64,000 nucleotides of DNA from Candidatus Levyibacteriota bacterium (GCA_963790825.1 CAWBPM010000002.1:4721-68720); one strand, 5' to 3'. Counted from the stretch's first letter, positions 1 to 10,542 are shown. Notes: generated by a model from the letters alone, not told the origin. Translations and numbers: made by a program.

Positions 1-2
1 AA

Positions 3-1013
3 AAAATTGTTTTTACAAATCATACACTTGTCGTAGCGGGACAGGAGGTATTTAGTAACGACCTAATAGCCTTACTTCTGGACTCATATGTAAGCCGCGA
101 GCTTGAAGTTCCACTTTCGGAAATAATAGCAGATGGCTTAGTTGAAGAGTCGAGTATGTTTTCTATGACAATGTTCGCACTTCGGATGACTGATAAAATA
201 AATGCTGTAAGTCAGCTGCACAGTAGGAAAGCTGCAATGATTTGGACACACCATCCAATGCGGGCAATTACAAATGGCATTCATCTTCCCACATGGGACC
301 GTGTCAATGAAAAAATAAATATGCGGGAGAAACATAGAGAAAACAAAAAACTGCTGATTGAGAAGGTAAACCTGAAAACCAAACAAAACTGGAATGAAAA
401 TGATCTGATTCTCGGATGGGCAAGAAGAATGGTTCGCTATAAAAGACCCCTGGCGCTGGTTGGTGATCTGGAGCGGTTTGTTGCTATTGCTAAAAAGAAG
501 AACCAACCGGTGAGAGTTGTCTTCGCAGGCGTTTCTCATCCGGGAGATGATGAAGGAGTAGAGCTTTTAGAAGCACTAAAAGCCATGATCGAAGGTGATT
601 TAAAAGGCATTGCTGTATATTTACCAAGCTATGGCATAGAGCTTGCGAAGCTTCTGATTAGCGGATGTGATATCTGGCTGAATACGCCGGCAGTAGGGTT
701 TGAAGCGTGCGGAACAAGCGGAATGAAAGCTGCATTAAACGGTGTTCTTCCTTGCTCGACAATTGACGGTTGGATTGACGAAGTGGATCTTGCAAATATC
801 GGCTGGACATTAGATGCAAATCACATTCATCGAAGCGTCTTAGATACGCTTGAGAATCAGATTGTCCCCCTCTATTATAAAAATCACAAAGAATCTTCTG
901 ATAACTGGTTAACATATATGCAAAATGCCAGAAATTTAATTATAGAACGCTTCAGTGCTACCAGAATGCTGAAAGAATATATTGAGCAAATGTATACTCC
1001 TTGTTTATCGTAA
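3..1013 (+). CDS. glgP: alpha-glucan (glycogen/starch) phosphorylase, 5'-truncated by window edge
   Basis: Frame is open from position 3 (KIVFTNHTLV...); motifs ITNGIH, ARRMVRYKR, EACGTSGMK (PLP lysine), DGW. Confidence 0.9.
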   Translation, partial: KIVFTNHTLVVAGQEVFSNDLIALLLDSYVSRELEVPLSEIIADGLVEESSMFSMTMFALRMTDKINAVSQLHSRKAAMIWTHHPMRAITNGIHLPTWDRVNEKINMREKHRENKKLLIEKVNLKTKQNWNENDLILGWARRMVRYKRPLALVGDLERFVAIAKKKNQPVRVVFAGVSHPGDDEGVELLEALKAMIEGDLKGIAVYLPSYGIELAKLLISGCDIWLNTPAVGFEACGTSGMKAALNGVLPCSTIDGWIDEVDLANIGWTLDANHIHRSVLDTLENQIVPLYYKNHKESSDNWLTYMQNARNLIIERFSATRMLKEYIEQMYTPCLS

Positions 1014-1040
1014 AGTTAAAAAAACCTTTATAATTATTTT

Positions 1041-2051
1041 ATGTCTCTACTGAAAAAACGAAACATAGGAACTCTTATATTAATTGTAGTTGTCTATGTT
1101 TGGTTTTTTCTTTTTCAGCAGCGTCCCCAGCAAAATCCGGTCAATGTTTTAGGAGCTAACACCGATGTTTCACTTTTTGAAGAGCCGAAGGATGGTAGAG
1201 AGCCGATTCTCAATGCTATTACAGATGCGAAGAAAGAAGTTTTGCTTGAAGTGTATCTTTTATCGGATAAGCAAATTATTCAGGCCTTGGAAGATGCAAG
1301 ATCGAGAGGGATTACGGTAGATGTAATGCTCGAAGAGCATCCTTTTGGAGGGGGAAGTCTGAACCAAACCACGGAAAAAAAACTTATTGCATCGGGAATT
1401 TCCGTTGAATGGTCAAGTCCCTCTTTTGCCTTAACTCATGAAAAGGCAGTGGTTATTGATTCAAGTGAAGTATTCGTACTCAGCCAAAATCTGACTGCCA
1501 GTTCATTTAGCAAGAATCGTGAATATGATGTTTTAGACACAGATCTGAAAGATGTTTCCGAGGTGCGGGCAATTTTTATTGACGATTGGGAAAGAAAGTC
1601 TTTTACTCCGACGAATTCGCATTTGATTGTCAGTCCGGATAATTCCCGCTCCGGCATAACAGGACTTATCGAAAGCTCAACAAAAACAATCGATATAGAA
1701 ATAGAAGATATAAACGATCCTCAAATTGTCTCACTCCTTTCCCAAGACGGGAAAAAAATGCAGGTGCGGCTTATTACACCGACGCTTTCGCAAGTTAGCT
1801 CAAATGCCGAAGCGCTTAAAACCTTAAAAAAAGAAGGAGTTTTGGTGAGAACTCTTTCTTCTCCTTATATGCACGCAAAATTAATTCTCGTCGATGATAC
1901 CAAAGCGTATGTCGGCTCTGTTAATTTATCAACACAAAGTATGGACAAAAACCGCGAACTTGGTATACTGCTTTCGCAAAGTGATGGCATAACAATGCTC
2001 TCGCAAACTTTCAAACAGGATTGGAGCAGCGCAACAGACTTTCATGAATGA
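1041..2051 (+). CDS. phospholipase D superfamily protein with N-terminal membrane anchor
   Basis: Two HKD motifs (HEKAVVID, HAKLILVD..GSVN) and an N-terminal hydrophobic helix. Confidence 0.88.
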   Translation: MSLLKKRNIGTLILIVVVYVWFFLFQQRPQQNPVNVLGANTDVSLFEEPKDGREPILNAITDAKKEVLLEVYLLSDKQIIQALEDARSRGITVDVMLEEHPFGGGSLNQTTEKKLIASGISVEWSSPSFALTHEKAVVIDSSEVFVLSQNLTASSFSKNREYDVLDTDLKDVSEVRAIFIDDWERKSFTPTNSHLIVSPDNSRSGITGLIESSTKTIDIEIEDINDPQIVSLLSQDGKKMQVRLITPTLSQVSSNAEALKTLKKEGVLVRTLSSPYMHAKLILVDDTKAYVGSVNLSTQSMDKNRELGILLSQSDGITMLSQTFKQDWSSATDFHE

Positions 2052-2063
2052 TAAAATAATTAT

Positions 2064-2573
2064 ATGCAACTGGTTATACCATCATTACAATACAAAGATG
2101 CTTATCTTCAAGCTTTAGAAGAAGCGAAAAATGAAACAGGAGAAACGCAGTTAAACAAACCCGAGGACGGTCAATCTTTTGCAGAGTTTGTACAAAAACT
2201 AAAAGACAATGCAGAGGGAATAAATCTACCGCCGGGATATGTACCGGCAACAATGCTTTGGCTTATTGATAATGATGATTTGATTGGCAGAGTACATATT
2301 CGGCATACATTAACAGAAGATTTAATGCAGCATGGAGGACATATCGGTTATTATGTTCGTCCAACAAAAAGAAAAAAGGGGTATGGTAAGAGAATGCTTG
2401 AATTGGCGCTGAAGGAAGCAAGGAAACTGGGGTTAGTAAAGGTACTAATTACTTGCGATGATAATAATATTGGTTCGATAAAAATTATTGAAGCAAATGG
2501 TGGAATACTGGAAAATATTCTTGATACAAAAGGGGTAAAACACAAAACGCGTCGATACTGGATAAATCTGTAG
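2064..2573 (+). CDS. GNAT N-acetyltransferase
   Basis: GGHIGYYVRPTKRKKGYG acetyl-CoA motif; NIGSIKIIEANGG. Confidence 0.85.
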   Translation: MQLVIPSLQYKDAYLQALEEAKNETGETQLNKPEDGQSFAEFVQKLKDNAEGINLPPGYVPATMLWLIDNDDLIGRVHIRHTLTEDLMQHGGHIGYYVRPTKRKKGYGKRMLELALKEARKLGLVKVLITCDDNNIGSIKIIEANGGILENILDTKGVKHKTRRYWINL

Positions 2574-2587
2574 GTATTTAAAAATAT

Positions 2588-3130
2588 TTATTTCCGGTTT
2601 TCCCATTCCTCTTGTAAATGTGCATAACCTTTGCGGATTGGAGTAGCATCCTGTAGACCAAGTTTTATTCGTAATACTTCTATCTCTTTTTCATTCCCTT
2701 CAATTTCTAAAAATGTTCCAAACCGTAATTTATCAATTGCAATTTTTAGATTGCCTAGGATATAGCTCATCCTGATTTTTTCTATATAAATTCGTTTTTT
2801 AAACCTAATAGCAAGAAGAATTTTTTGCATAATCTCAAAATTAGCGACTTCAGTCTCATATTCTTCTCGGATCTTATGTCCATCACTATTAAATTTGGGG
2901 CTGCCTTTATATGTTAAAAAGACATGACGAGAAGTAGCTGTCTGTTCATCTCGAATTCTAAGAGCTTCATCTGTCTTCGCAAAATCAAAATACGTGGAGT
3001 TAAAGAGATAATCTTTTTGTCTGCTTTTTCCTTCGAAAGTTGCTCCAAGTTTTAGTAACAACTTCCTAATTCTTTGCTTGTCTTTCTTGTTAATTGTTAC
3101 CTTTAATTCGATCTCTTCTGTTTTATGCAT
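2588..3130 (-). CDS. CYTH-domain protein (class IV adenylate cyclase / triphosphate tunnel enzyme)
   Basis: EIELK motif, ALRIR, LTYKG, EKIR, FLEIEG. Confidence 0.85.
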   Translation of the reverse strand: MHKTEEIELKVTINKKDKQRIRKLLLKLGATFEGKSRQKDYLFNSTYFDFAKTDEALRIRDEQTATSRHVFLTYKGSPKFNSDGHKIREEYETEVANFEIMQKILLAIRFKKRIYIEKIRMSYILGNLKIAIDKLRFGTFLEIEGNEKEIEVLRIKLGLQDATPIRKGYAHLQEEWENRK

Positions 3131-3150
3131 AGGATTATTCTCATTTGGAG

Positions 3151-3477
3151 TTATCGAATGCTTGATCCGGCCGGAGCGTCAGATGCGGTAAGTAAAATTG
3201 GTTTATCAGTATCGGTTGCCAAAATCATACCTTCCGAATCTTCTCCCATTAATTTTCGGGGTTCTATGTTAAATGCAAAAATATATGATTTGCCAATAAG
3301 TTCCTCGGGTGTGTACCAAGGGGCAATTCCGGTCAGAATATTTCGTTCACCATCTATTCCGAAATTAACTTTTAACCGCAAAAGTTTTTCGGATCCTTCT
3401 TTAGGTTCACATTGAATTATTTTACCAACCCGAAAATCAAGTTTGGCAAAATCATCATAAGTTACCAGCGGCTTCAT
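3151..3477 (-). CDS. stand-alone tRNA-binding OB-fold protein (Trbp111/CsaA/MetRS C-terminal type)
   Basis: DFAKLDFRVGKI...KLLRLKV..G.R.I...NIEPRKLMG..SEGMILA; start moved to ATG 3477, downstream of an extended -10 element. Confidence 0.85.
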   Translation of the reverse strand: MKPLVTYDDFAKLDFRVGKIIQCEPKEGSEKLLRLKVNFGIDGERNILTGIAPWYTPEELIGKSYIFAFNIEPRKLMGEDSEGMILATDTDKPILLTASDAPAGSSIR

Positions 3478-3521
3478 AAAAGGTATTGTAGCATATTGGC
3501 GGGGTTGATTAAAGTTATAAA

Positions 3522-3854
3522 TTAACAAAATTGAATAGTATCACCGGGTGAAGTTTTTGTTTTCACTATAGTTCCTTCCGGTAATTCTAAGACATGGTCA
3601 AACTTTGGGTTCCAAAGGAAAATCTTATTAGGCGACAATCTCTTCTTATTTATTACAACTGTATTTTTATTGTCCAATATAAGAACATCAATCGGAAAAG
3701 AAAGTCCGAATGTATGGATACCCCAGCGAGTTTTAAAAATAAGCGGTTTGGCTTCGCTTTTTCCGATAAGACCGATAGATTTACTGATGATATCTGTCAC
3801 ATTTACCGCTTCCTGTGCGATAAGAGTACGCCTCGTCTTATTTTTAATCTGCAT
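3522..3854 (-). CDS. DUF192 family protein
   Basis: IHTFGLSFPIDVLILD and VLELPEG motifs; start moved to ATG 3854. Confidence 0.75.
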   Translation of the reverse strand: MQIKNKTRRTLIAQEAVNVTDIISKSIGLIGKSEAKPLIFKTRWGIHTFGLSFPIDVLILDNKNTVVINKKRLSPNKIFLWNPKFDHVLELPEGTIVKTKTSPGDTIQFC

Positions 3855-3898
3855 GAAGATAGTATGACAGAGAAGTAAAAAACTTACCAGAAAATAAA

Positions 3899-3907
3899 TG
3901 CTATACT
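3899..3907 (+). promoter_or_regulatory. extended -10 promoter element, probable leaderless transcript
   Basis: TGcTATACT ends 7 nt before ATG 3915. Confidence 0.55.
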
Positions 3908-3914
3908 TAAGTTT

Positions 3915-4493
3915 ATGACTGGAAGAACACATGATCTGGCAGCATTTACCACACTTGGTTTTGTAGTAGTAACCCAGCCAATACACCCAATGACTCTTGC
4001 AACCGGGCTTGTTGCAGTAGTTTCCAATTTAATTGGGGGGATAACACCGGATATTGACCAGCCGACTGCCCCTTTCTGGCGGAATCTTCCTGTTGGAGGA
4101 GTAGTTGGTAGACTTTTTGATCCCCTTTTAGGTGGTCACAGATTTATTTCTCACTCAATTGCCGGAGCAGTGATCTTCGGCTTTGCCTGGCATTATCTAC
4201 TTGTTGTACTGAAGCCAAGCTTTCCCCATCTCGATATGAATGTAATTTGGTGGGCATTTATGATTGGCTATATTTCTCATTTGGTTATGGATACAATTAC
4301 TCGCGAAGGAGTTCCCTGGCTTCTCCCGATTCCCATAAAATTTGCCTTCCCCCCCATTAAGTCGCTTCGTGTGCAAACCGGAGGACTGGTTGAAAGGTTT
4401 ATTATTTTCCCAATTTTACTAGTTATAAACGGTTATATGTACTACTCAAATTATCATGTTGTTTTGCTATTTCTCAAGCACCTCGTAAAGTAG
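3915..4493 (+). CDS. membrane metal-dependent hydrolase (YdjM-like)
   Basis: MTGRTH, PDID, GHRFISHS, SHLVMD motifs with TM helices. Confidence 0.85.
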   Translation: MTGRTHDLAAFTTLGFVVVTQPIHPMTLATGLVAVVSNLIGGITPDIDQPTAPFWRNLPVGGVVGRLFDPLLGGHRFISHSIAGAVIFGFAWHYLLVVLKPSFPHLDMNVIWWAFMIGYISHLVMDTITREGVPWLLPIPIKFAFPPIKSLRVQTGGLVERFIIFPILLVINGYMYYSNYHVVLLFLKHLVK

Positions 4494-4526
4494 AGAAATC
4501 CCTGGAGAACAGGTATAATACAGATC

Positions 4527-5744
4527 ATGTGGCAAGAGTTTAAAAATAGCTACCATCTGCTCCAAGGAGTAATTGCTAATCTGTACTATGGTTTTCCCGG
4601 TAAAGATATGACAATAATCGGTGTGACCGGAACTGATGGGAAAACGACAACTGTTAGCCTTATTTATCACATATTAGAGAGTTCGGGTAAAAAAGCATCA
4701 CTCCTTTCTACGCTGTCGGCAGTCATTAACGGTAAATCTTATGACACTGGCTTTCATGTCACGACTCCAAGCGCTTGGTCGGTGCAAAAATATTTAAAAA
4801 AAGCCAAAGATGCCGGTTCTGAATATTTTGTGATGGAAGTTACATCTCATGGTCTGGATCAAAACCGGGTATGGGGAATACCGTTCGCAATCGGCGTGTT
4901 AACAAATATTACTCATGAGCATCTGGATTACCATAAAACATACGAAAGGTATGTTTTAGCAAAAACTAAATTACTGAAAAATGCGCATATTGCGATTATT
5001 AACAAAGACGATGAAACCTATAAGAATTTAGAATCTATAATTCAAAATTCAAAATTCAAAGGAAAAAAATTGATTACCTATGGATTAAGCGACAAATCGG
5101 ACGTGAGTCCTAAAACATTTCCGTTTGAAACGAAGTTATTTGGCGAATTTAATCTCTACAATTGCCTGGCAGCGATTGGTACTTGTATGGAGCTTGGCAT
5201 TAGCGAAAAAGAAATCAGAACAGCAATTATTACGTTTACACCACCTGTGGGTAGAGAAGAAATTGTCTACGATAAAGATTTTAAAGTTATGATCGATTTC
5301 GCCCATACACCCAATAGTATTGAAAAATTACTGCAATCAATTAAAAAGGAAATGAAACCAAAAGGAAGGATTATTCATGTGTTTGGTAGTGCGGGACGAA
5401 GAGATTCATCAAAACGTTCGCTCATGGGAAAGGCATCAGATAAATATGCCGACATCATAATTTTGACTGCGGAAGATCCGCGGGATGAGAAGATTGAAGC
5501 AATTATAAAACAGATAAATGAAGGAATATTGGCTAAACATTTTGATGAGACACTTTTTGAAATACCTGATCGGCAAGAGGCGATTAATAAAGCAGTTGCG
5601 CTTGTGCAAAAAAATGATATTGTTGTCATCACCGGAAAAGGACACGAGCGGTCGTTGAATCTAGGTCATGGAGAAGTTCCCTGGAGTGACCATGAAGCTG
5701 TGAAAAAAGCATTAGAACTTCGAAACAATGATACAGAAAAATAA
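4527..5744 (+). CDS. murE: UDP-MurNAc-dipeptide:diamino acid ligase MurE (no N-terminal domain)
   Basis: GTDGKTTT, EVTSH, TNITHEHLDYH, DFAHTP, EDPR, GKGHE. Confidence 0.9.
   Translation: MWQEFKNSYHLLQGVIANLYYGFPGKDMTIIGVTGTDGKTTTVSLIYHILESSGKKASLLSTLSAVINGKSYDTGFHVTTPSAWSVQKYLKKAKDAGSEYFVMEVTSHGLDQNRVWGIPFAIGVLTNITHEHLDYHKTYERYVLAKTKLLKNAHIAIINKDDETYKNLESIIQNSKFKGKKLITYGLSDKSDVSPKTFPFETKLFGEFNLYNCLAAIGTCMELGISEKEIRTAIITFTPPVGREEIVYDKDFKVMIDFAHTPNSIEKLLQSIKKEMKPKGRIIHVFGSAGRRDSSKRSLMGKASDKYADIIILTAEDPRDEKIEAIIKQINEGILAKHFDETLFEIPDRQEAINKAVALVQKNDIVVITGKGHERSLNLGHGEVPWSDHEAVKKALELRNNDTEK
5023..5057 (+). repeat. five degenerate 7-nt tandem units inside murE
   Basis: agaattt agaatct ataattc aaaattc aaaattc. 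Confidence 0.6.
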
Positions 5745-6471
5745 CGCGGGTGTTTACCAATTTAGTGAATTTAGCTCATTGGGAATAGTTAATGGTTTTT
5801 CCTCAAAAACACTTGGCAATATGCGAACGCATGGAGAGAAAAAAACAAGCGATATTTCTCAATTTGCTCACGAATTAAAAATTGAACCGGGGCATATCGT
5901 TGGCATGAGTCAGGTACATGGTAACGCAGTTGAACTCGTAACGCAAAAACAAAGAGGAACAATTATCTTCAAATGCGACGGACTTGAAACACTGGAGAAG
6001 GAAACATTTCTCTACGCTACATTTGCCGACTGTGTACCCCTATTATTCTTTGATAAAGAAACGAGGTTAATTGGCCTCTGTCATGCCGGATGGCGGGGGA
6101 TTTACAAGGAAATTGTTCCACGAATGCTTATATCCATATTTGATCAGGGAGCAAAAGTAGAGAATGTACTTGTCGGCATTGGTCCATCGATCCGCTCATG
6201 CTGTTATGAAGTTTCAGAGGGACTCGCAAATGATTTTGCAGAAAAATTTAGAAAAGAAGAGAAGTACATTGTCAAAAGAGGGAATAAAATATTTTTAAGC
6301 TTACAAGATTTAATTTGCTTGCAGCTCTTAGGGCAAGGTGTTCTAAAAAAGCATATAATTAACAGTATGTTATGTACAAATGATCTGCAGTCAGAGTTTT
6401 ATTCATATCGTAATCGGACAGACAAAAACAAAAATGAAGTATTTGCAGCGATTATCGGAAGATATGCGTAA
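5728..6471 (+). CDS. pgeF: peptidoglycan editing factor PgeF (YfiH/YlmD family)
   Basis: QVHG, DG, ADCVP, HAGWRG, GPSIRSCCYEV, FYSYR. Confidence 0.88.
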   Translation: MIQKNNAGVYQFSEFSSLGIVNGFSSKTLGNMRTHGEKKTSDISQFAHELKIEPGHIVGMSQVHGNAVELVTQKQRGTIIFKCDGLETLEKETFLYATFADCVPLLFFDKETRLIGLCHAGWRGIYKEIVPRMLISIFDQGAKVENVLVGIGPSIRSCCYEVSEGLANDFAEKFRKEEKYIVKRGNKIFLSLQDLICLQLLGQGVLKKHIINSMLCTNDLQSEFYSYRNRTDKNKNEVFAAIIGRYA

Positions 6472-7897
6472 TATACAATCAATTCATTTTGTCGGTTTAA
6501 AGGGCGTGGGTATGACACCTCTGGCAATTATTGCGAAAGAAGCAGGAATCAAAGTGACTGGGTCAGATCTTGGCAGGGAATTTATTACCGACATTTCATT
6601 AAAAAAAGCAGGAATCATTCCGTTTGTTGGTTTTTCTCCGGAGCATGTCGGAGATGTTGATTTGGTTATTACGACAGGCGCACACGGAGGATTTGATAAT
6701 GTTGAAGTAAAAAGAGCAAGACAGAAAAATATTCCGGTTTTGACGCAGGGAGAAGCAGTCGGAGAATTTATGAAGGGGGAAATTTTTGGCAGAAAATTCA
6801 GCGGAATCAGCGTGACCGGCTCACATGGAAAGACTACGACTACTGCAATGATTGCAACAATTCTTTCCGAAAATGGGTATCAGCCTTCCTTTTTAATCGG
6901 TACGGGAGACGTAACATCTCTCGGGAGCGCGGGGCGTTTCGGATCAGGCGAGTATTTTGTCGCGGAAGCTGATGAGTATATGACTGAACCTAAATATGAC
7001 TCAACAGCGAAACTTCTTTGGCAGCATCCGAAAATTGCGGTAATTACAAATATTGACCTCGATCATCCCGATGTCTATGCGAACATTGAGGGAGTGCGGG
7101 AAACGTTTTTACGATTTGCCAGGCAGTTAGCAAATGATGGAGTATTAGTTATTTACGGTGATGATTTACAGGCAAAAAAGCTACTATCTGACTATGAAGG
7201 TAAATCAGTCACATATGGATTTGGGAAAGAAAATGACTACATTTTACACTCGATTATTACAAAAAAATCGCACACAACATTTCAAGTTTTACATAACGGT
7301 AAGGAGTTAGGAGAATTTGTACTCAATATAAGCGGGGAGCATAATGTTTTAAATGCCACTGCTGCAATTATTGTTTCATTGCAAAGTGATTTAACCCTTA
7401 CAGAAATAAAAAATGGACTTTTGGCATTTCGAGGTTCAAAAAGAAGAATGGAATATCTAGGAAAACTGCAATCAGGAGCTCAACTCTTTGACGATTACGC
7501 GCACCATCCGACTGAAATTCGAAAAACTCTGCATGCATTTCGCGAAAAGTACAGAGAGAAAAAAATTATTTGTATTTTTCAACCGCACACCTATTCACGA
7601 ACAAAAAAACTATTCGATGAGTTTGTCGGTTCATTTTTTGACGTTGATGAAGTTATTCTAACCGACATCTATGCCTCACTCAGGGAAAAACCTGACACTT
7701 CTATTTCTTCGGAAATGCTCATAAACGAAATTGCAAAAAAACAAAAGAACGTTCTTTATCTGCCTAATTTAGTTGATGTGACGAATTACCTAAAAGAGGA
7801 ACAATTCGGCGAAAACACGGTGATTATTACAATGGGTGCCGGGGATATCTATACGATTTGTAAGGATTTAGAATTCAAAATAGATAATTGGAACTAA
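6464..7897 (+). CDS. murC: UDP-MurNAc:L-alanine ligase MurC
   Basis: GSHGKTTTT, EADE, NIDLDHPD, DDYAHHPTE, FQPHTYSRT; start at ATG 6464. Confidence 0.93.
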   Translation: MRNIQSIHFVGLKGVGMTPLAIIAKEAGIKVTGSDLGREFITDISLKKAGIIPFVGFSPEHVGDVDLVITTGAHGGFDNVEVKRARQKNIPVLTQGEAVGEFMKGEIFGRKFSGISVTGSHGKTTTTAMIATILSENGYQPSFLIGTGDVTSLGSAGRFGSGEYFVAEADEYMTEPKYDSTAKLLWQHPKIAVITNIDLDHPDVYANIEGVRETFLRFARQLANDGVLVIYGDDLQAKKLLSDYEGKSVTYGFGKENDYILHSIITKKSHTTFQVLHNGKELGEFVLNISGEHNVLNATAAIIVSLQSDLTLTEIKNGLLAFRGSKRRMEYLGKLQSGAQLFDDYAHHPTEIRKTLHAFREKYREKKIICIFQPHTYSRTKKLFDEFVGSFFDVDEVILTDIYASLREKPDTSISSEMLINEIAKKQKNVLYLPNLVDVTNYLKEEQFGENTVIITMGAGDIYTICKDLEFKIDNWN

Positions 7898-8207
7898 TTG
7901 AGAAGTTAAAAGTCGCTAAATGTCATATATCTCTTCAAATTAATTTAAGAGCTATGCTGCAATAAAATATTCAGGATTCATATTATGCCAATCAATGTAG
8001 TTGTAGCGCTTAGCATCTTTATAAATAGTGTCTTATTTGTAATTTCGACCCCAAAAAGACCAAATAGTGTTTATTTTTACCAGGTACATCGCATTATAAA
8101 AAATTCTTACATAGCTCGTTAATGCCGGGCAAATTCAAATCATTTTTAAAGAATACCCCCTGCCTTGTTATTATCTGCATCTCTGTGCTATGATTTCCCA
8201 AATAACT

Positions 8208-9185
8208 ATGAGTAATATTTTACAAAAACTGGAAACAGAATTAGGCAAAAACAAAATCCATGTAAATGAACCGATGGTAGATCGAACGACATTTAAATCC
8301 GGGGGGAGCGCCGAGTTTTTTATCGAGATTGATCAAATAGCAGAATTAATCAAGGCAATTCGTTTGGCACAAAGTCTGGGTATGCAATTTTTCATCTTAG
8401 GATCGGGTACAACTTGTGTAATACCTGAAAAAGGTATCGCTGGGCTCGTTATTAAAAATAACTGCAGAAGATTTGAAATTATGAGCATGAAGGGCAGAAT
8501 TATAAGGGGCCAAATCGATATGAGTGGCGCCGCAGTATACACAGAAAGCGGAGTACTTACGAATCAATTGGTACGTTATGCAGCAGAACAGGGATTTGGC
8601 GGACTTGAACATTTTTTAGGACTTCCGGGAACAATAGGTGGTGCACTATTTGTGAATGCAAATTATCCCAAAAATAATGCAATGCTGGGAGATGCACTAA
8701 CAAGTGCAAAAATTCTAACTCGTGAAGGAGAGGTACAGGATGTTACGGGAAGCTATCTCCAGTTTTCTCCCGATTCAAGCTATTTACAAACATCGGGTGA
8801 AATACTCTTATCAGCAGTCTTTAAATTAACGCCAATGGAAACAAGCAAATTATGGGAAAGAGGAATGGAAGCAGCAGAATATCGAAGTAAAATGCTGCCA
8901 ATTGAGCACGTCGCCGGATACACGTATCGAAATATTTATATACCGGTAGGGATTCCTGAAAGAAAAAAATATACGTCCAATATTGAAACGATACTTAAAA
9001 AAGCAGGAGTGATTGGTATTCCAATTGCTAATGTCATATTATCCGAAAAGAATCCTAACTTTATCATCAGGATTGGATATGCTACATCAGAAGATCTTGA
9101 AGAGGTAGTTCGCAAAGTAAAAAAAGAAGTGTTAACGCAGTTCGGCTTCCAACTTCTCTATAAGCCATATACAATTGGAAATTAG
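8208..9185 (+). CDS. murB: MurB-family FAD-binding protein with degenerate catalytic residues
   Basis: NEP..TTFKSGGSA, GLE...GLPGTIGGA..NA, located between murC and murA; the ATG at 8190 lies inside a TGcTATGAT -10 element, so 8208 is preferred. Confidence 0.8.
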   Translation: MSNILQKLETELGKNKIHVNEPMVDRTTFKSGGSAEFFIEIDQIAELIKAIRLAQSLGMQFFILGSGTTCVIPEKGIAGLVIKNNCRRFEIMSMKGRIIRGQIDMSGAAVYTESGVLTNQLVRYAAEQGFGGLEHFLGLPGTIGGALFVNANYPKNNAMLGDALTSAKILTREGEVQDVTGSYLQFSPDSSYLQTSGEILLSAVFKLTPMETSKLWERGMEAAEYRSKMLPIEHVAGYTYRNIYIPVGIPERKKYTSNIETILKKAGVIGIPIANVILSEKNPNFIIRIGYATSEDLEEVVRKVKKEVLTQFGFQLLYKPYTIGN

Positions 9186-9216
9186 TCAACTACTTGAGCT
9201 ATAATAACAAAGTAGT

Positions 9217-10542
9217 ATGGAAAAATTTATTATTCGAGGTGGTAAAAAACTTTCAGGCAGTGTTTCCGTATCGGGAGCAAAAAACGTTTCTTTAAAAACA
9301 CTCGTCGCAGCATGTCTGACCGAAGAAGAAGTAATTATTCACAATATCCCTCTCATTTCGGATTTTTTAGTCATGGTTGATATTATTAAAGAACTCGGGG
9401 GAACTGTTCGAATAGAGGACCATACAGCCCGGATACAAATTAAAAAATTCAGTCAACACAGAATTTCCTTAGATGACGCGTCGCATATCAGGACATCTTC
9501 GATGTTCATTTCTCCACTTCTTGTGCGGTGCGGAGAAGCAATTATTCCAAACCCTGGAGGTTGCAGGATCGGTGCGCGTCCGATTGATAGGATAATCGAA
9601 GGGCTTGAGAAAATGGGAGCAGATATCGTCTATCACAGTGAAGATGGTTACTTCCATGCAAAAACCTCAGGACTACACGCCGCAACCTATCATTTTGAAA
9701 AAAGTACTCATACGGGAACAGAGACACTCCTTATTGCTGCGGTTTTAGCAAAAGGGAAAACAATTTTAGAAAACGCCGCCCTAGAACCCGAAATTGACGA
9801 ACTTATTGATCTGCTTTGCCAAATGGGAGCCAAGATTAAGAGAACAAAAGAGCGGCGAATCGAGATTGATGGAGTTAGTAGTCTTCATGGTACTGAATTT
9901 ACCATTCAGCCTGACAGAAATGAGATTGTTACGTTTGCTATAGCAGCTCTCATGACGGAGGGGGATATTTTTGTCAAAGGGGCGAAAAAAGCAGCAATTG
10001 GTGCATTTATCAATACCCTTGAAAAAACAGGAGGAGGATATGAGGAAAAAAACGGAGGACTGCGATTTTTTTATAAAGGTCCACTTAAACCAACTACGAT
10101 TATTACAAGTCCTCATCCCGGATTTATGACTGATTGGCATGCGCCATGGGCAGTTCTGATGACAAAAGCAGACGGTGTATCCACGCTTCACGAAACAGTG
10201 TTTGAAAATAAATTCGGGTATGTCGAGGAACTGCGAAAGATGGGAGCCAAAATTACGCTCTTCAATCCTGAAATAACAGATCCCAAAGCTGTCTATAACT
10301 TTAATATTGAAGATGATAATGGTTATAAACACGCAGCGAAAATTTATGGGAATACCAGGCTACATGAAGCGGTGATGACAATTTCCGATCTGCGTGCAGG
10401 AGCATCCTTAGTTCTGGCAGCATTGTCAGCTCGGGGGGAAAGTATCATTCACGGAGTAGCGCTGGTAGATAGGGGGTATGAGAAATTTGATAAACGATTA
10501 CAACATTTAGGTGCAGATATTGAAAGGATAAAAGATGAATAA
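9217..10542 (+). CDS. murA: UDP-GlcNAc 1-carboxyvinyltransferase MurA
   Basis: GAKN, PGGCRIGARP (catalytic Cys), HETVFEN, DLRAG, DRGYE. Confidence 0.95.
   Translation: MEKFIIRGGKKLSGSVSVSGAKNVSLKTLVAACLTEEEVIIHNIPLISDFLVMVDIIKELGGTVRIEDHTARIQIKKFSQHRISLDDASHIRTSSMFISPLLVRCGEAIIPNPGGCRIGARPIDRIIEGLEKMGADIVYHSEDGYFHAKTSGLHAATYHFEKSTHTGTETLLIAAVLAKGKTILENAALEPEIDELIDLLCQMGAKIKRTKERRIEIDGVSSLHGTEFTIQPDRNEIVTFAIAALMTEGDIFVKGAKKAAIGAFINTLEKTGGGYEEKNGGLRFFYKGPLKPTTIITSPHPGFMTDWHAPWAVLMTKADGVSTLHETVFENKFGYVEELRKMGAKITLFNPEITDPKAVYNFNIEDDNGYKHAAKIYGNTRLHEAVMTISDLRAGASLVLAALSARGESIIHGVALVDRGYEKFDKRLQHLGADIERIKDE

Noticed and set aside
7898-8207. Small ORF or four-helix-bundle remnant in the murC-murB gap, plus two aaatagtgt(c)ttattt copies
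   Set aside because: Only a 45-codon ORF and a faint ALSI..N resemblance; insufficient to call.
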